The position numbers and the translations under genes are program-made. This document shows, one piece after another, positions 35,953 to 45,609 of a stretch of DNA of 54,710 bases; position 1 is the first letter of the stretch; each line of letters starts with the position of its first letter. The stretch lies in NCBI GenBank assembly GCA_043758265.1, contig JAYVNV010000206.1, positions 1 through 54,710 on the forward strand. Reading direction: 5' to 3'. The stretch comes from Acidimicrobiaceae bacterium (GTDB taxonomy: Bacteria; Actinomycetota; Acidimicrobiia; Acidimicrobiales; RAAP-2). Under the pieces are notes generated by a model that saw nothing but the letters and a program-made list of their open reading frames with translations, was not told the DNA's origin and did not search any database.

Positions 35953-37362
35953 TCAGTACGACTTGGCGACGATGCAGTCGAGGTCGTCCTCGGTGTCAGT
36001 GGTCGGCATTGAACCGTCCTTTCGCTGCAGACAGCGCACCGTAACGGCCTGGCTCTTCAACCGCGCCTCGCCGACCTCGCCGACCTTGGACCAGTCGAGG
36101 CGGGCGAAACCCGTCTCGGCGGCCTCCAAGGCCTCCTCGATGCTCCCCACGTCGTGCGTGGCGTCGTGTAGACGACGCTGTGCGCCTTGGAACAGATCCT
36201 CCTGCATTGCCTCGAGGAGTGACGCAACCGAGCGCGACGCTTCGTCGAGGGCGATTGTCACTTTCTGCGCGTTGTCGCGGCGCACCAACGTGACGAGACC
36301 TTGAGCCAGGTCGCGTGGCCCGACTTCGATCCGCAGCGGCACGCCCTTGATCTCCCAGTCGGTGAGTCGTCTTCCGAAGCTGCCCCGGCCCCGATCGACC
36401 TGCACCCGCACACCGAGCGCCTTCAGATTCTGGGCGACCCTCTCGCACGCCTCGTTGACCTCGGGTTCGTCGCGCACCGCAATGACCACCACCTGAATTG
36501 GTGCGAGCCGCGGCGGCACGACGAGGCCATTGTCGTCCCCGTGAAGCATGATCAGCCCACCCACGAGGCGCGTCGACGCACCCCAGGACGTAGTGTGGCA
36601 AAGTTCTGCCTGACCGTGCTCGCTCTGGAAGAAGATGTCGAAGGCCCGCGCGAAATTTTGACCCAGTTCGTGGGTTGTCGCCATCTGCAACGCCTTGCCG
36701 TCGCCCATCATGCCCTCGGCGGTGATCGAGTTGATGGCGCCGGCGAAGCGTTCGCTCGCCGGCTTGATGCCTAGGTACGTCGGCGCCGCCATCACCGTCT
36801 CCAAAAAGTCGTTGTAGACCTCGAGGTGGATCTTCATTGCGTACGCGTTGGCGTCCTCGCTGGTGGCATGGGCGGTGTGGCCCTCTTGCCAGAGGAACTC
36901 CGAAGAGCGCAGGAACAGTCGGGGCCGCAACTCCCAGCGCACGACGTTGGCCCACTGATTGAGCAGGAGCGGCAGGTCGCGGTAACTCTGGATCCACTTC
37001 GCCATGAACTCACCGATCACGGTCTCAGAGGTTGGGCGCACGACGACCGGTTCAACGAGCTCTTCGCCGCCCGCGAAGGTGACGATCGCCAGCTCGGGGC
37101 TGAACCCCTCAACGTGCTCGGCCTCGCGTTTGAAGTAACTCTCGGGGATAAACAGCGGGAAGTAGGCGTTCTGGGCCCCCGCGACCTTGATGCGCGCGTC
37201 CATCTCGGACTGCATCCGCTCCCAGATGGCGTAGCCGTAGGGGCGAATCACCATCGTGCCGCGCACCGGACCGTTCTCGGCCATCTCGGCTTTGGCGACC
37301 ACGTCCTGGTACCAACGTGGGAAATCTTCGCCCCGGGGGGTCAGAACGCTCTGCGATGCCAC
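35953..37362 (-). CDS. proS: Proline--tRNA ligase, archaeal/eukaryotic type (no INS domain)
   Basis: WYQDVV, GTMVIRPYG, RPTSET, NQWANVVRWE, EFLWQEGHT, LGQNFA; C-terminal KSY; 469 aa. Confidence 0.95.
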   Translation of the reverse strand: MASQSVLTPRGEDFPRWYQDVVAKAEMAENGPVRGTMVIRPYGYAIWERMQSEMDARIKVAGAQNAYFPLFIPESYFKREAEHVEGFSPELAIVTFAGGEELVEPVVVRPTSETVIGEFMAKWIQSYRDLPLLLNQWANVVRWELRPRLFLRSSEFLWQEGHTAHATSEDANAYAMKIHLEVYNDFLETVMAAPTYLGIKPASERFAGAINSITAEGMMGDGKALQMATTHELGQNFARAFDIFFQSEHGQAELCHTTSWGASTRLVGGLIMLHGDDNGLVVPPRLAPIQVVVIAVRDEPEVNEACERVAQNLKALGVRVQVDRGRGSFGRRLTDWEIKGVPLRIEVGPRDLAQGLVTLVRRDNAQKVTIALDEASRSVASLLEAMQEDLFQGAQRRLHDATHDVGSIEEALEAAETGFARLDWSKVGEVGEARLKSQAVTVRCLQRKDGSMPTTDTEDDLDCIVAKSY

Positions 37363-37405
37363 GACTCTCCTCTGATTCGTTGCGCAATCCTAGCGAAGGG
37401 TCCTG

Positions 37406-38635
37406 TCAGCCCTCGGTGCGTCGGCGTATCTTGGCAATGCGTGCGGAGGCGTTGTTCACGTCGGCGCCGCGGTCATCGAGCAAGAGCGCCCGGTCGGCGG
37501 CGGCCTCCGCTTCGGCCGAGTGGTCGCGCGCGGCGAGGCGCGCCTCGACCCCTTCGACCGCAATCTTTTTCGCCTCTTCGACCAGCGCTTCGACCATCTC
37601 ATCCTCTTTGACGACGCGCACGATCTGACCCTTAATGAAGAGGTGGCCGCGTTTCTTACCGGCGGCGATCCCGAGGTCGGCGTGTCGCGCTTCGCCCGGC
37701 CCGTTCACGACGCAGCCCATGACGGCAACCTGGATTGGTAGGTTGAGCGCTTGGAGCGCGGTCTGGGCCTCGTTGGCAATTTTGATGACGTCGACCTCCG
37801 CGCGGCCACAGCTCGGACAGGCAATGAGGTCCAGACCTTTTCGCTCACGAAGACCGAGTACCTCGAGCAGCGTGCGCCCGGCGCGCGCCTCCTCCACCGG
37901 GTCGGCGGTCAAGGAGTAGCGAATGGTGTCGCCGATTCCTTCGGCCAGCAACGTCGCGATACCGGCGGTTCCCTTCAACAGTCCGCCGGGTAGTGGGCCG
38001 GCCTCGGTCACGCCGAGGTGCAGCGGGTGGTCGAAGGTCTCCGACGCCAGTCGGTAGGCCGCGATCATCGTCGACACCGACGAAGCCTTCACGGAGATCT
38101 TCACGTCAGAGAAGCCAACCTCCTCGAAGTAGGCCAGTTCCAGTCGTGCCGACTCGACCAGAGCTTCGGGCGTGGCCCCCCCGAATCGCTCGTAGATGTC
38201 GGGGTGCAGGCTGCCGGCGTTGACGCCGATACGGATTGGTACGCCTCGGTCGCGGGCCTCGCTCGCGACGAGTCTGATCTCCTCGGGCTTTCGCAGGTTC
38301 CCGGGGTTGAGCCGCAACCCCTGCACGCCGGCTTCGAGCGCGGCGAGAGCCATCTCGACGTGAAAGTGGATGTCGGCAACGATGGGCACTGGTGAGCGCG
38401 GGACGATCTGGGCGAGACCCTCGGCGGCGGCTTGCTCATTGCACGTGCAGCGCACGATGTCGGCACCCTCAGCGGCCAGCGCGTAGATCTGCGAGAGGGT
38501 GCCCTCGACGTCGGCCGTCTTGGTCGTCGTCATTGACTGCACCGATACGGCGGCGTCGCCACCGACGAGTACTTTGCCGACGGCAATCTGGCGAGTCTTT
38601 CGACGGGGGCTGAGGGAACTGGCGGTCACGTCCAC
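37406..38635 (-). CDS. ispG: (E)-4-hydroxy-3-methylbut-2-enyl diphosphate synthase
   Basis: SVQSMTTT, ADIHF, RIGVNAGSL, HLGVTEAG, CPSCGR and MGCVVNGPGE; start GTG 38635. Confidence 0.96.
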   Translation of the reverse strand: MDVTASSLSPRRKTRQIAVGKVLVGGDAAVSVQSMTTTKTADVEGTLSQIYALAAEGADIVRCTCNEQAAAEGLAQIVPRSPVPIVADIHFHVEMALAALEAGVQGLRLNPGNLRKPEEIRLVASEARDRGVPIRIGVNAGSLHPDIYERFGGATPEALVESARLELAYFEEVGFSDVKISVKASSVSTMIAAYRLASETFDHPLHLGVTEAGPLPGGLLKGTAGIATLLAEGIGDTIRYSLTADPVEEARAGRTLLEVLGLRERKGLDLIACPSCGRAEVDVIKIANEAQTALQALNLPIQVAVMGCVVNGPGEARHADLGIAAGKKRGHLFIKGQIVRVVKEDEMVEALVEEAKKIAVEGVEARLAARDHSAEAEAAADRALLLDDRGADVNNASARIAKIRRRTEG

Positions 38636-38675
38636 CCGTCCATTCTGCCGTGTGGCACGACCGCGCCAATCACAC

Positions 38676-39932
38676 CTAGAAGGGATTCGCGATCGGGTGG
38701 GTGATATCGAGGTAGAGCGTGCTGGCGAAGAGGACCAGCAACACGCCCATAAAGGCGTAGGCGAAGGGCGCGAGCTTGTTGACGTCGGCGTGGTAGCGCC
38801 GCCCGCGCCGGCTGCGCAGTCGTTCGTAGGTCGCAATCGCGACGTAGCCGCCGTCGAGGGGCAACATCGGCAGCATGTTCAATATCCCGACGAAGATATT
38901 CACCGCCATCAAGATGAGCAACAGCGATCCGGGCCCGTTTTGCGTGCTCTGGACGGCGATGCGCACGACCCCCACGATCGACTCGGGGCGTGTCAGCTGG
39001 TTGTGGTAATTCGTCGCGGCCGCCGGTGACGCGACCTGGTGGAAGAGACTCGCAAACTCCCCCGGCGAGAATACGTGGACAATCGAGTGACTGGCCTGCG
39101 CTATCAACGAACCGACCTGCTGGAAGGAACTTGGGACGGCCGAGTACCACGAGCGCCGCTCCGGGAGCGCGACGAGCAAGATGCCGAGCAGCCCCTCGGG
39201 CTTCGCGCCTTGGTCGATGACCTTGCCGTTCACCTTCAGGTTCTGCGCGTTGACCGGCGTCGCGTGCAGCGTCACGTTGCTGCCGTGACGCTCAACGACC
39301 AACGTCACGCGTTGGCCAGAGAGTTGGTGCACGGTCGTGAGCAACTGCTGTTGACTCAGGATTCTTGTGCCGTCGACCTTCACGATGCGGTCATTTAACT
39401 CAAGGCCGCCCAGCTGGCCCGCGGTCTTCGCGTGGCCGTCCCAGTGCGCGAATCCACCGACTCCGACGTGGCTCGACGACGGGAGCCCAACGAACGTCAG
39501 CGCGGCGAAGGCCAAGATCAACGCCATAACGAGGTGCATCAGTGAACCGGCCGAGGCGAAGAGCACCTTGCGCGGATAACTCGCCGAACGGTACGTCCGA
39601 TGCTCCTCGGACGGATCAATCTCATCGGTCCAGGTCATGCCCGGCACCTTCACGTAGCCTCCGGCCAGGATGGCGCGCACGCCGTAGCGGGTCTCACCGA
39701 TTGTCGTCGACCAGAGCACCGGGCCAAAACCGACGAAGAAGTCAGTCACCTTCATGCCCGAGCGCTTGGCGGTGATGAAGTGGCCGAATTCGTGGCCCAT
39801 CACGAGGAAGATGATTGCGAAGATGACCAGCGGCAGCGCCCAGCCGGCCAACCAGGTGAGGAGGGCGACTAAGCCCGCCACGCCGGCGAGGAGCGTGAAC
39901 AGCGAACGTCGGGTTGAGGTAGCAGAATCCAT
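38676..39932 (-). CDS. rseP: M50 site-2 protease with PDZ domain (RseP/Rip1 family)
   Basis: HEFGH, FFVGFGP, GGYVKVPGM and NMLPMLPLDGG; lies between dxr and ispG. Confidence 0.9.
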   Translation of the reverse strand: MDSATSTRRSLFTLLAGVAGLVALLTWLAGWALPLVIFAIIFLVMGHEFGHFITAKRSGMKVTDFFVGFGPVLWSTTIGETRYGVRAILAGGYVKVPGMTWTDEIDPSEEHRTYRSASYPRKVLFASAGSLMHLVMALILAFAALTFVGLPSSSHVGVGGFAHWDGHAKTAGQLGGLELNDRIVKVDGTRILSQQQLLTTVHQLSGQRVTLVVERHGSNVTLHATPVNAQNLKVNGKVIDQGAKPEGLLGILLVALPERRSWYSAVPSSFQQVGSLIAQASHSIVHVFSPGEFASLFHQVASPAAATNYHNQLTRPESIVGVVRIAVQSTQNGPGSLLLILMAVNIFVGILNMLPMLPLDGGYVAIATYERLRSRRGRRYHADVNKLAPFAYAFMGVLLVLFASTLYLDITHPIANPF

Positions 39933-39934
39933 GA

Positions 39935-41101
39935 TTACTTAGCGAGAATACCGTGGGCGCGGCGTCGAGCAGTCGCGTCGCTCTCGATCAGGGCTTCGAG
40001 CGACGTGAGCGGGTCAGGTTCGTACCCGTCCATGACGCGGCGAACGACGTCGATTATGTCGCACCACTGGATCTCGTCGGCGAGGAACGCGGCGACGGCG
40101 ACCTCATTGGCGGCACTCAACCACGCCGGCGCCGCGCCACCGACGCGCGCCGCGTCGTAGGCCAAGTCGAGCGCTGGAAAGGCCGTACGGTCGGGCGCCT
40201 CGAAAGTCAACTCCATTGCGGAGGTGAAGTCGAGCTGGCCCCATGCGTGATCGAGCCGATCGGGCAGACCGAGACAGTAGGCAATTGGCAAACGCATGTC
40301 CGGGCGCGACAGCTGGGCGAGGACCGAACCGTCGACGTACTCGACCATCGAGTGGACGATTGACTGGGGGTGGACCACGACGTCGACTCGATCCACGTCG
40401 ATGCCAAAGAGCACCGACGCCTCAAGGACCTCGAGTCCCTTGTTCATGAGGGTCGAAGAGTCAATCGTTATCTTCGAGCCCATTGACCACGTGGGGTGCT
40501 TCAGCGCGTCAAGCTTCGTCGCGTGTTGCAGCTGTTCGAGCGTCCACCCTCGAAACGGTCCACCCGACGCCGTCAACAGGAGGCGTCGCACGTCGGGGCG
40601 GCCAACTACGGCTAACGAGCCCGCGAGGCACTGATGGATGGCGCAATGCTCGGAGTCGACCGGCAACAACGCGGCGCCCGGCGTCGAGCGCACCGCCGCG
40701 ACGAGGGGCGCGGCGGCGATGAGTGACTCCTTGTTCGCCAGTGCCAGACGCTTTCCCGCCTCCAGGGCCGACAGCGTGACTGGCAGTCCGGCGAATCCGA
40801 GGACGGCGTTAACAATGATGTCGGCGCAACGTGCGAGCGACGACAGGCCTTCGTCACCGACGGCGATGTCGACGTGTGGACCGACGAGGTCGCGCAACGT
40901 CGATCGGTGGCTCTGCGTGGTCACGCCCACGCGCGCCACGTGAAACTCCTCGACGATGGCCGCGAGCTCGCTCAAGTGCTCCGCGCCCGAAACGGCAACC
41001 AGTTCGAAACGTTCGGGCTCTCGACGCAACACGTCAAGCGTCTGCGTGCCGATGGAGCCCGTGGCCCCGAGAAGCGCGACGCTGCGCCGTGTCGACGACA
41101 C
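39935..41101 (-). CDS. dxr: 1-deoxy-D-xylulose 5-phosphate reductoisomerase
   Basis: GATGSIG, LANKESL, PVDSEH and HPTWSMGSKITIDSSTLMNKGLE. Confidence 0.97.
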   Translation of the reverse strand: MSSTRRSVALLGATGSIGTQTLDVLRREPERFELVAVSGAEHLSELAAIVEEFHVARVGVTTQSHRSTLRDLVGPHVDIAVGDEGLSSLARCADIIVNAVLGFAGLPVTLSALEAGKRLALANKESLIAAAPLVAAVRSTPGAALLPVDSEHCAIHQCLAGSLAVVGRPDVRRLLLTASGGPFRGWTLEQLQHATKLDALKHPTWSMGSKITIDSSTLMNKGLEVLEASVLFGIDVDRVDVVVHPQSIVHSMVEYVDGSVLAQLSRPDMRLPIAYCLGLPDRLDHAWGQLDFTSAMELTFEAPDRTAFPALDLAYDAARVGGAAPAWLSAANEVAVAAFLADEIQWCDIIDVVRRVMDGYEPDPLTSLEALIESDATARRRAHGILAK

Positions 41102-41103
41102 CG

Positions 41104-42402
41104 TTAGCCCAACTTGAGAACGTGCGTCAGGTAGTACATGGTCGGCAGCGCGAACAACAGTCCGTCAATCCGGTCCAACAGTCCCCCGTGCCCGGGTAGC
41201 AGTCGGCCGAGGTCCTTCACGCCAATCGTGCGCTTAATCATCGACTCGAAGAGGTCCCCTAGGGGCACCACGACCGAGAGGGCAACGGCCGCCTCGAGGC
41301 CGGCCTTGCGACCCCAGACACTCATGAGCGGCAGGATCGCCACGCCCGTGAACAACGTCACGATTGTCCCAGCGAGGGCGCCCTCAATCGTCTTGTTCGG
41401 CGAAAGGACCTTATTGAGCGCGCGCTTGCCGAATCGGCGACCGAAGAGGAAGGCGCCCGAGTCGTTGGCCACGGTGAGGATCATCGCGCCAAAGAGGTAC
41501 GACAGACCATGGCCGTTGACGAAGTTGCCCGGCGCCACGAACAACATGGCGTACGAGCCGAGGAACCCGATCCAGGCGTAAACAAAGATGGTGGCGCCCA
41601 GTCCGTCGAGTACGTCGACGGATTTGCCGGCATTGAGGTACCAAATGAAGCCGAACATAACGAGCAGCACGCTGACCGCGCCGAAGGCGACCGTTCCCTT
41701 GTTGTAGACCGATACGCCCAGCGTGATAATCGCGACGATACCGAGCACCGACGCCGGGTGCGCGCCGACCTGGCGAAAGCCGGCGTACGCCTCGGCGCCA
41801 GCGAGGCCGAGCACAACGAGCACCATCGCGGCGACCGGCCGAGCGCCCGCGAGGAACACGGCCGAGACGACGACAGCGAGCACCACGCCGGTCAGCGTGG
41901 CGCGCGAGAAGCTCCTGTCGTTGCTCTGGCGAACGGCCCGTCCGGCCAGCGGATTGGAGGAGATCGAGCGGCGAGTGCGTGGAATACGGTCTGGTTCCGG
42001 TCGGGGCGCTTCGGTCAGGACGTCGTCGACAATCTTCTCGTCGGGCAGGGCGAACTCCCAGGGACGAGTCGTGTCCTCACGCTCCTCTCCGGCCAGGATC
42101 GACGCGTCAAACTGATCCTCGTGCGCGACCCAATCGGCCTCACCCTCACGCCACGCTGGCGCGGGGATCGCGGACCAGGGATCGTCAAGGTCGGCTGCTT
42201 CGCGCGCGACAACGATCGGCACCTGACCGGTTGGAGCGTCGGTCCAGTGGGGCAGCAGTGTGGCGGGATCGATCATCAGGGTGTCATCGGCCGATTCAGC
42301 GGCGATCTCAGCGCCCGTGATGGTCACTCTGGAATCGGACGAACTCACGAGGGGCACTTTCCCCGTCGGGTCGAACTCGGTGTCGTCGTCGTCAGACCTC
42401 AA
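41104..42402 (-). CDS. cdsA: Phosphatidate cytidylyltransferase with long acidic N-terminal extension
   Basis: DSGAFLFG, SPNKTIEG and GDLFESMIKR..VKDLGRLLPGHGGLLDRID; start uncertain (TTG 42402 chosen). Confidence 0.9.
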   Translation of the reverse strand: MRSDDDDTEFDPTGKVPLVSSSDSRVTITGAEIAAESADDTLMIDPATLLPHWTDAPTGQVPIVVAREAADLDDPWSAIPAPAWREGEADWVAHEDQFDASILAGEEREDTTRPWEFALPDEKIVDDVLTEAPRPEPDRIPRTRRSISSNPLAGRAVRQSNDRSFSRATLTGVVLAVVVSAVFLAGARPVAAMVLVVLGLAGAEAYAGFRQVGAHPASVLGIVAIITLGVSVYNKGTVAFGAVSVLLVMFGFIWYLNAGKSVDVLDGLGATIFVYAWIGFLGSYAMLFVAPGNFVNGHGLSYLFGAMILTVANDSGAFLFGRRFGKRALNKVLSPNKTIEGALAGTIVTLFTGVAILPLMSVWGRKAGLEAAVALSVVVPLGDLFESMIKRTIGVKDLGRLLPGHGGLLDRIDGLLFALPTMYYLTHVLKLG

Positions 42403-42961
42403 GTAGTTCCCGCTCCTTGTGCGCGAGCAGCTCGTCAACGACGGCCACTTCCTCCTGGGTCATCTTGTCGAGAATCTTCTCTAAGTGCTCGATGTCGTCA
42501 CTCGAGAGACCGCCCTCCTTTTCGAGGTTCTCCAACTCCTGACGAGCGTGACGGCGAACACCGCGAATTGCTACCTTGCCATCCTCGGCCTTCGCCTTCA
42601 CAATTTTTACGAACGCCTTTCGACGTTCCTCGGTGAGAGACGGGAAGTTAAGGCGGATCACCACGCCGTCGTTGGAGGGGTTGAGTCCTAGGTCGGCGTT
42701 GGCGATGGCCTTCTCGATTGCCGCCATCGCACCCTTGTCGAAGGGCGAGACTACGAGGAGTCGCGGCTCGGGCACAGAGAAGTTAGCGAGCGACTTGAGC
42801 GCGGTGTCGGCGCCGTAGTAGTCGACGAGTATGTTCTCGACGAGTGATGGTGACGCGCGACCAGTTCGCACGGTGGCGAACTCAGCCTTCGAGTGTTCGA
42901 TGACTTTCGCCATGCGTTCACGGGTATCAAGCATCACGAGGTCGACGAGTTCGTTTTCCAT
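42392..42961 (-). CDS. frr: Ribosome recycling factor
   Basis: VRTGRASP, LGLNPSNDG, LTEERRK and KVAIRGVRR. Confidence 0.96.
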   Translation of the reverse strand: MENELVDLVMLDTRERMAKVIEHSKAEFATVRTGRASPSLVENILVDYYGADTALKSLANFSVPEPRLLVVSPFDKGAMAAIEKAIANADLGLNPSNDGVVIRLNFPSLTEERRKAFVKIVKAKAEDGKVAIRGVRRHARQELENLEKEGGLSSDDIEHLEKILDKMTQEEVAVVDELLAHKERELLEV

Positions 42962-43671
42962 TACCTCACCAGCGTACCGACGGCCCGACCGTCGAGCGCG
43001 TGTCCTAGGTTCCCCTCGGCCATCAGGTCAAAGACCCGAAGGGGTAGATGATTGTCTTTGCAGAAGGTGATTGCCGTCATGTCCATGACCCGCAGGTTCC
43101 TCGCGATCACCTCATCGAAGGAGACTTCCTCGAACTTAGTGGCCGCCGGATTAAGGCGAGGATCCTCGCTGTAGACGCCGTCGACGCCGCCGTGCGTCCC
43201 CTTAAGGACAATCTCGGCCTCGATCTCAGCCGCCCGCTGTGCCGCGGGCGTGTCCGTCGTGAAGTAAGGATTGCCCATGCCAGCGGCGAAGATGACGACG
43301 CGACCCTTCTCGAGGTGTCGAACGGCGCGCCGGCGGATGTAGGGCTCGGCGACCTGGTCCATGCCGATCGCGGACATGACGCGCGTAGGACGACCGTGAC
43401 TCTCAATGGCGTCTTGGAGGGCGAGGGCGTTGATCACTGTCCCGAGCATGCCCATGAGGTCAGAGTTGGCCCGGTTCATGCCGGCCATGGCACCCGTGGC
43501 GCCGCGCCAGATGTTGCCGCCACCGACCACGACGGCCAATTCGAGCCCACCACGCTCCATCGCGCTGGCGATTTCGCGAGCTAAGAAGTCAACGATTGAC
43601 GCGTCGATAGTCTCGTCGCTCGCGGTCGAGGCGAGCGCCTCTCCCGACAGCTTTAAGACGACGCGTCGCAC
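42961..43671 (-). CDS. pyrH: Uridylate kinase
   Basis: LKLSGEAL, VGGGNIWRG, GNPYFTTD and VMDMTA. Confidence 0.97.
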   Translation of the reverse strand: MRRVVLKLSGEALASTASDETIDASIVDFLAREIASAMERGGLELAVVVGGGNIWRGATGAMAGMNRANSDLMGMLGTVINALALQDAIESHGRPTRVMSAIGMDQVAEPYIRRRAVRHLEKGRVVIFAAGMGNPYFTTDTPAAQRAAEIEAEIVLKGTHGGVDGVYSEDPRLNPAATKFEEVSFDEVIARNLRVMDMTAITFCKDNHLPLRVFDLMAEGNLGHALDGRAVGTLVR

Positions 43672-43680
43672 AGTGATGTC

Positions 43681-44472
43681 CTATCCCCCGATAACCACTT
43701 GAGCGTACGCCGTGATGGTCGCGCCGTTGAGGACTTGTTGAACCGACTGCTTGTCGTCCTTGGCGTAATTCTGCTCTAACAGCACACGGTCCTTAAACCA
43801 GCCGTTCAGGCGTCCTTCAATAATCTTGGGCAGCGCCGCTTCGGGCTTGCCCTCGTTGCGCGAGATCTCCTCCACCGTGGCCCGCTCCTTCGCGACCTCC
43901 GACTCGGGTACGTCTGCGCGCGACAAGTAGAGGGGCTTAGCAAAGGCGATATGAACCGCAATCTCGTGCGCCAGCTCTTCAGAGCCGCCCTTCACCACAA
44001 TGGCGACTGCGTTCACGCCTCTTCCGGCCTGCTGGTGGTTGTACGTGTCGACGACCTCACCCTCATCGGAGACGATGCGATGGACACGACCGATGGAGAT
44101 GTTCTCCTTCAGCGTCGTGAGCATCTTCTCGATGTGGTTGGTGAACTGCGCCGTCGCACTTTCACCATCAGCGCAGACCTGCGCCGCGATCTCATCTACG
44201 AGCGTCACAAACTCTTCGGACTTGGCAGTGAAATCTGTCTCGCAGCGCAGTTCGACAATCGCGGCAACGTTGCCGTTGCGCACGACCGCTACGGCACCCT
44301 CACCGGCTTCTCGGTCGGCGCGTTTCGCCGCCGAAGCGAGTCCCTGAACGCGGAGCAACTTTGTCGCCGCCTCCATGTCGCCGTCGGCCGCTTCGAGCGC
44401 TTTCTTAGCGTCCAATATTCCAACGCCGGTTGATTGGCGAAGCGTCTGTACGTCTTTCGCGGTGATAGCCAC
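43681..44472 (-). CDS. tsf: Elongation factor Ts
   Basis: LRQSTGVGILDAKKAL, ELRCETDF and GKPEAALPKIIEGRL. Confidence 0.96.
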   Translation of the reverse strand: MAITAKDVQTLRQSTGVGILDAKKALEAADGDMEAATKLLRVQGLASAAKRADREAGEGAVAVVRNGNVAAIVELRCETDFTAKSEEFVTLVDEIAAQVCADGESATAQFTNHIEKMLTTLKENISIGRVHRIVSDEGEVVDTYNHQQAGRGVNAVAIVVKGGSEELAHEIAVHIAFAKPLYLSRADVPESEVAKERATVEEISRNEGKPEAALPKIIEGRLNGWFKDRVLLEQNYAKDDKQSVQQVLNGATITAYAQVVIGG

Positions 44473-44503
44473 CTTGTTCTCCTCTGTGAAATTCTGTTAA
44501 GGC

Positions 44504-45478
44504 TTAGTTACCAGCTGGTGTTGCGTCGGACGTGGCTTCGGATTCGGTGGCGGGCTCAGCTGCGGCTTCGGTGGCGGGCTCAGCTGCGGCTTCGACGACG
44601 GGTGCGGCTTCAGTGACGGGTGCGACTTCGGCGACGGGTGCGACTTCGGATTCGGCTGCGGGCTCAGCTGCGGCGACCGGTGCGGCTTCGGTGACGGGTG
44701 CGGCTTCGGTGACGGGTGCGGCTTCGACGACGGGTGCGGCAACCGGTGCGGGCTGGGCCGACACCGACTTGGGCACGATGACCGGACGGTTCTGTCGGAT
44801 GAAGCGGCCTTCGGTGACGGCATCGGCCATCAAACGGCACAGCAAAGCACCAGAGCGGATCGCGTCGTCGTTGCCGGGGATGACGTAGTCAATGACGTCG
44901 GGGTCGCAGTTAGTGTCAACGACGGCCACTACGGGCAGTCCGAGTTTGCGAGCTTCGGTCACCGCAATGTGCTCCTTCTTCGTGTCAATCACAAAGATGG
45001 CGTCGGGTACGCGGTCGAGACTCGCGATACCGCTCAAGTTACGATCTAGCTTCTCGAGTTCACGGCTGTGACGAAGAGCCTCGCGTTTGGGCATGTTCTC
45101 AAAGTCACCGGCACGCTGCATGGAACGAAGCTCCACCATTCGCTTCACGCGTCCTGCGACGGTGGTGAAGTTGGTGAGCATGCCACCGAGCCAACGCTGG
45201 TTGACGAAAGGCATACCGCAGGCCTTGGCGTAGTCCTCAATTGGACCCTGAGTCTGCTTTTTGGTACCCACGAAGAGGATCACGCCTCCTCCGGCGACCA
45301 GGTCACGGACATAGGCGTAACTGGTTTCGATGCCCAGCAGGGTCTTTCTGAGGTCAATCAGGTAGATCCCGTTGCGCTCGCCGAGAATGAATCGACGCAT
45401 TTTTGGGTTCCAACGACGGGTCTGATGCCCGAAGTGCACGCCCGAGTCAAGGAGTTCCTGCAGGGTGACGAGTGCCAC
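44504..45478 (-). CDS. rpsB: 30S ribosomal protein S2 with repetitive acidic C-terminal tail
   Basis: [31 protein letters not shown] and PGNDDAIRS. Confidence 0.97.
   Translation of the reverse strand: MALVTLQELLDSGVHFGHQTRRWNPKMRRFILGERNGIYLIDLRKTLLGIETSYAYVRDLVAGGGVILFVGTKKQTQGPIEDYAKACGMPFVNQRWLGGMLTNFTTVAGRVKRMVELRSMQRAGDFENMPKREALRHSRELEKLDRNLSGIASLDRVPDAIFVIDTKKEHIAVTEARKLGLPVVAVVDTNCDPDVIDYVIPGNDDAIRSGALLCRLMADAVTEGRFIRQNRPVIVPKSVSAQPAPVAAPVVEAAPVTEAAPVTEAAPVAAAEPAAESEVAPVAEVAPVTEAAPVVEAAAEPATEAAAEPATESEATSDATPAGN
44533..44750. repeat. Degenerate 18-bp and exact 24-bp tandem repeats in the rpsB 3' end
   Basis: gacgggtgcggcttcggt-like units (EAAPVT); ttcggtggcgggctcagctgcggc x2 at 44543-44590. 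Confidence 0.88.
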
Positions 45479-45506
45479 GTTGTTTTTCCTTCCGTTCGGT
45501 TACTCA

Positions 45507-45553
45507 ATCGCCGTGGCGCACCGCGAACGGCGACCGTACGAAACCACGGCGAT
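45507..45553 (-). promoter_or_regulatory. Structured rpsB leader (candidate S2 autoregulatory element)
   Basis: 10-bp stem aucgccgugg/ccacggcgau enclosing cguac/gugcg and a ccg-UUCG-cgg hairpin; TACGAT -10 at 45595-45590. Confidence 0.55.
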
Positions 45554-45609
45554 AAATCAACGACTCCCCCGCTTTGAGAGAGCCAAACAATCGTAGTCGC
45601 TCGCGCGAT

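Noticed and set aside
44533-44750. Repeat array considered as CRISPR
   Set aside because: No unique spacers; units are multiples of 3 within rpsB; no cas genes
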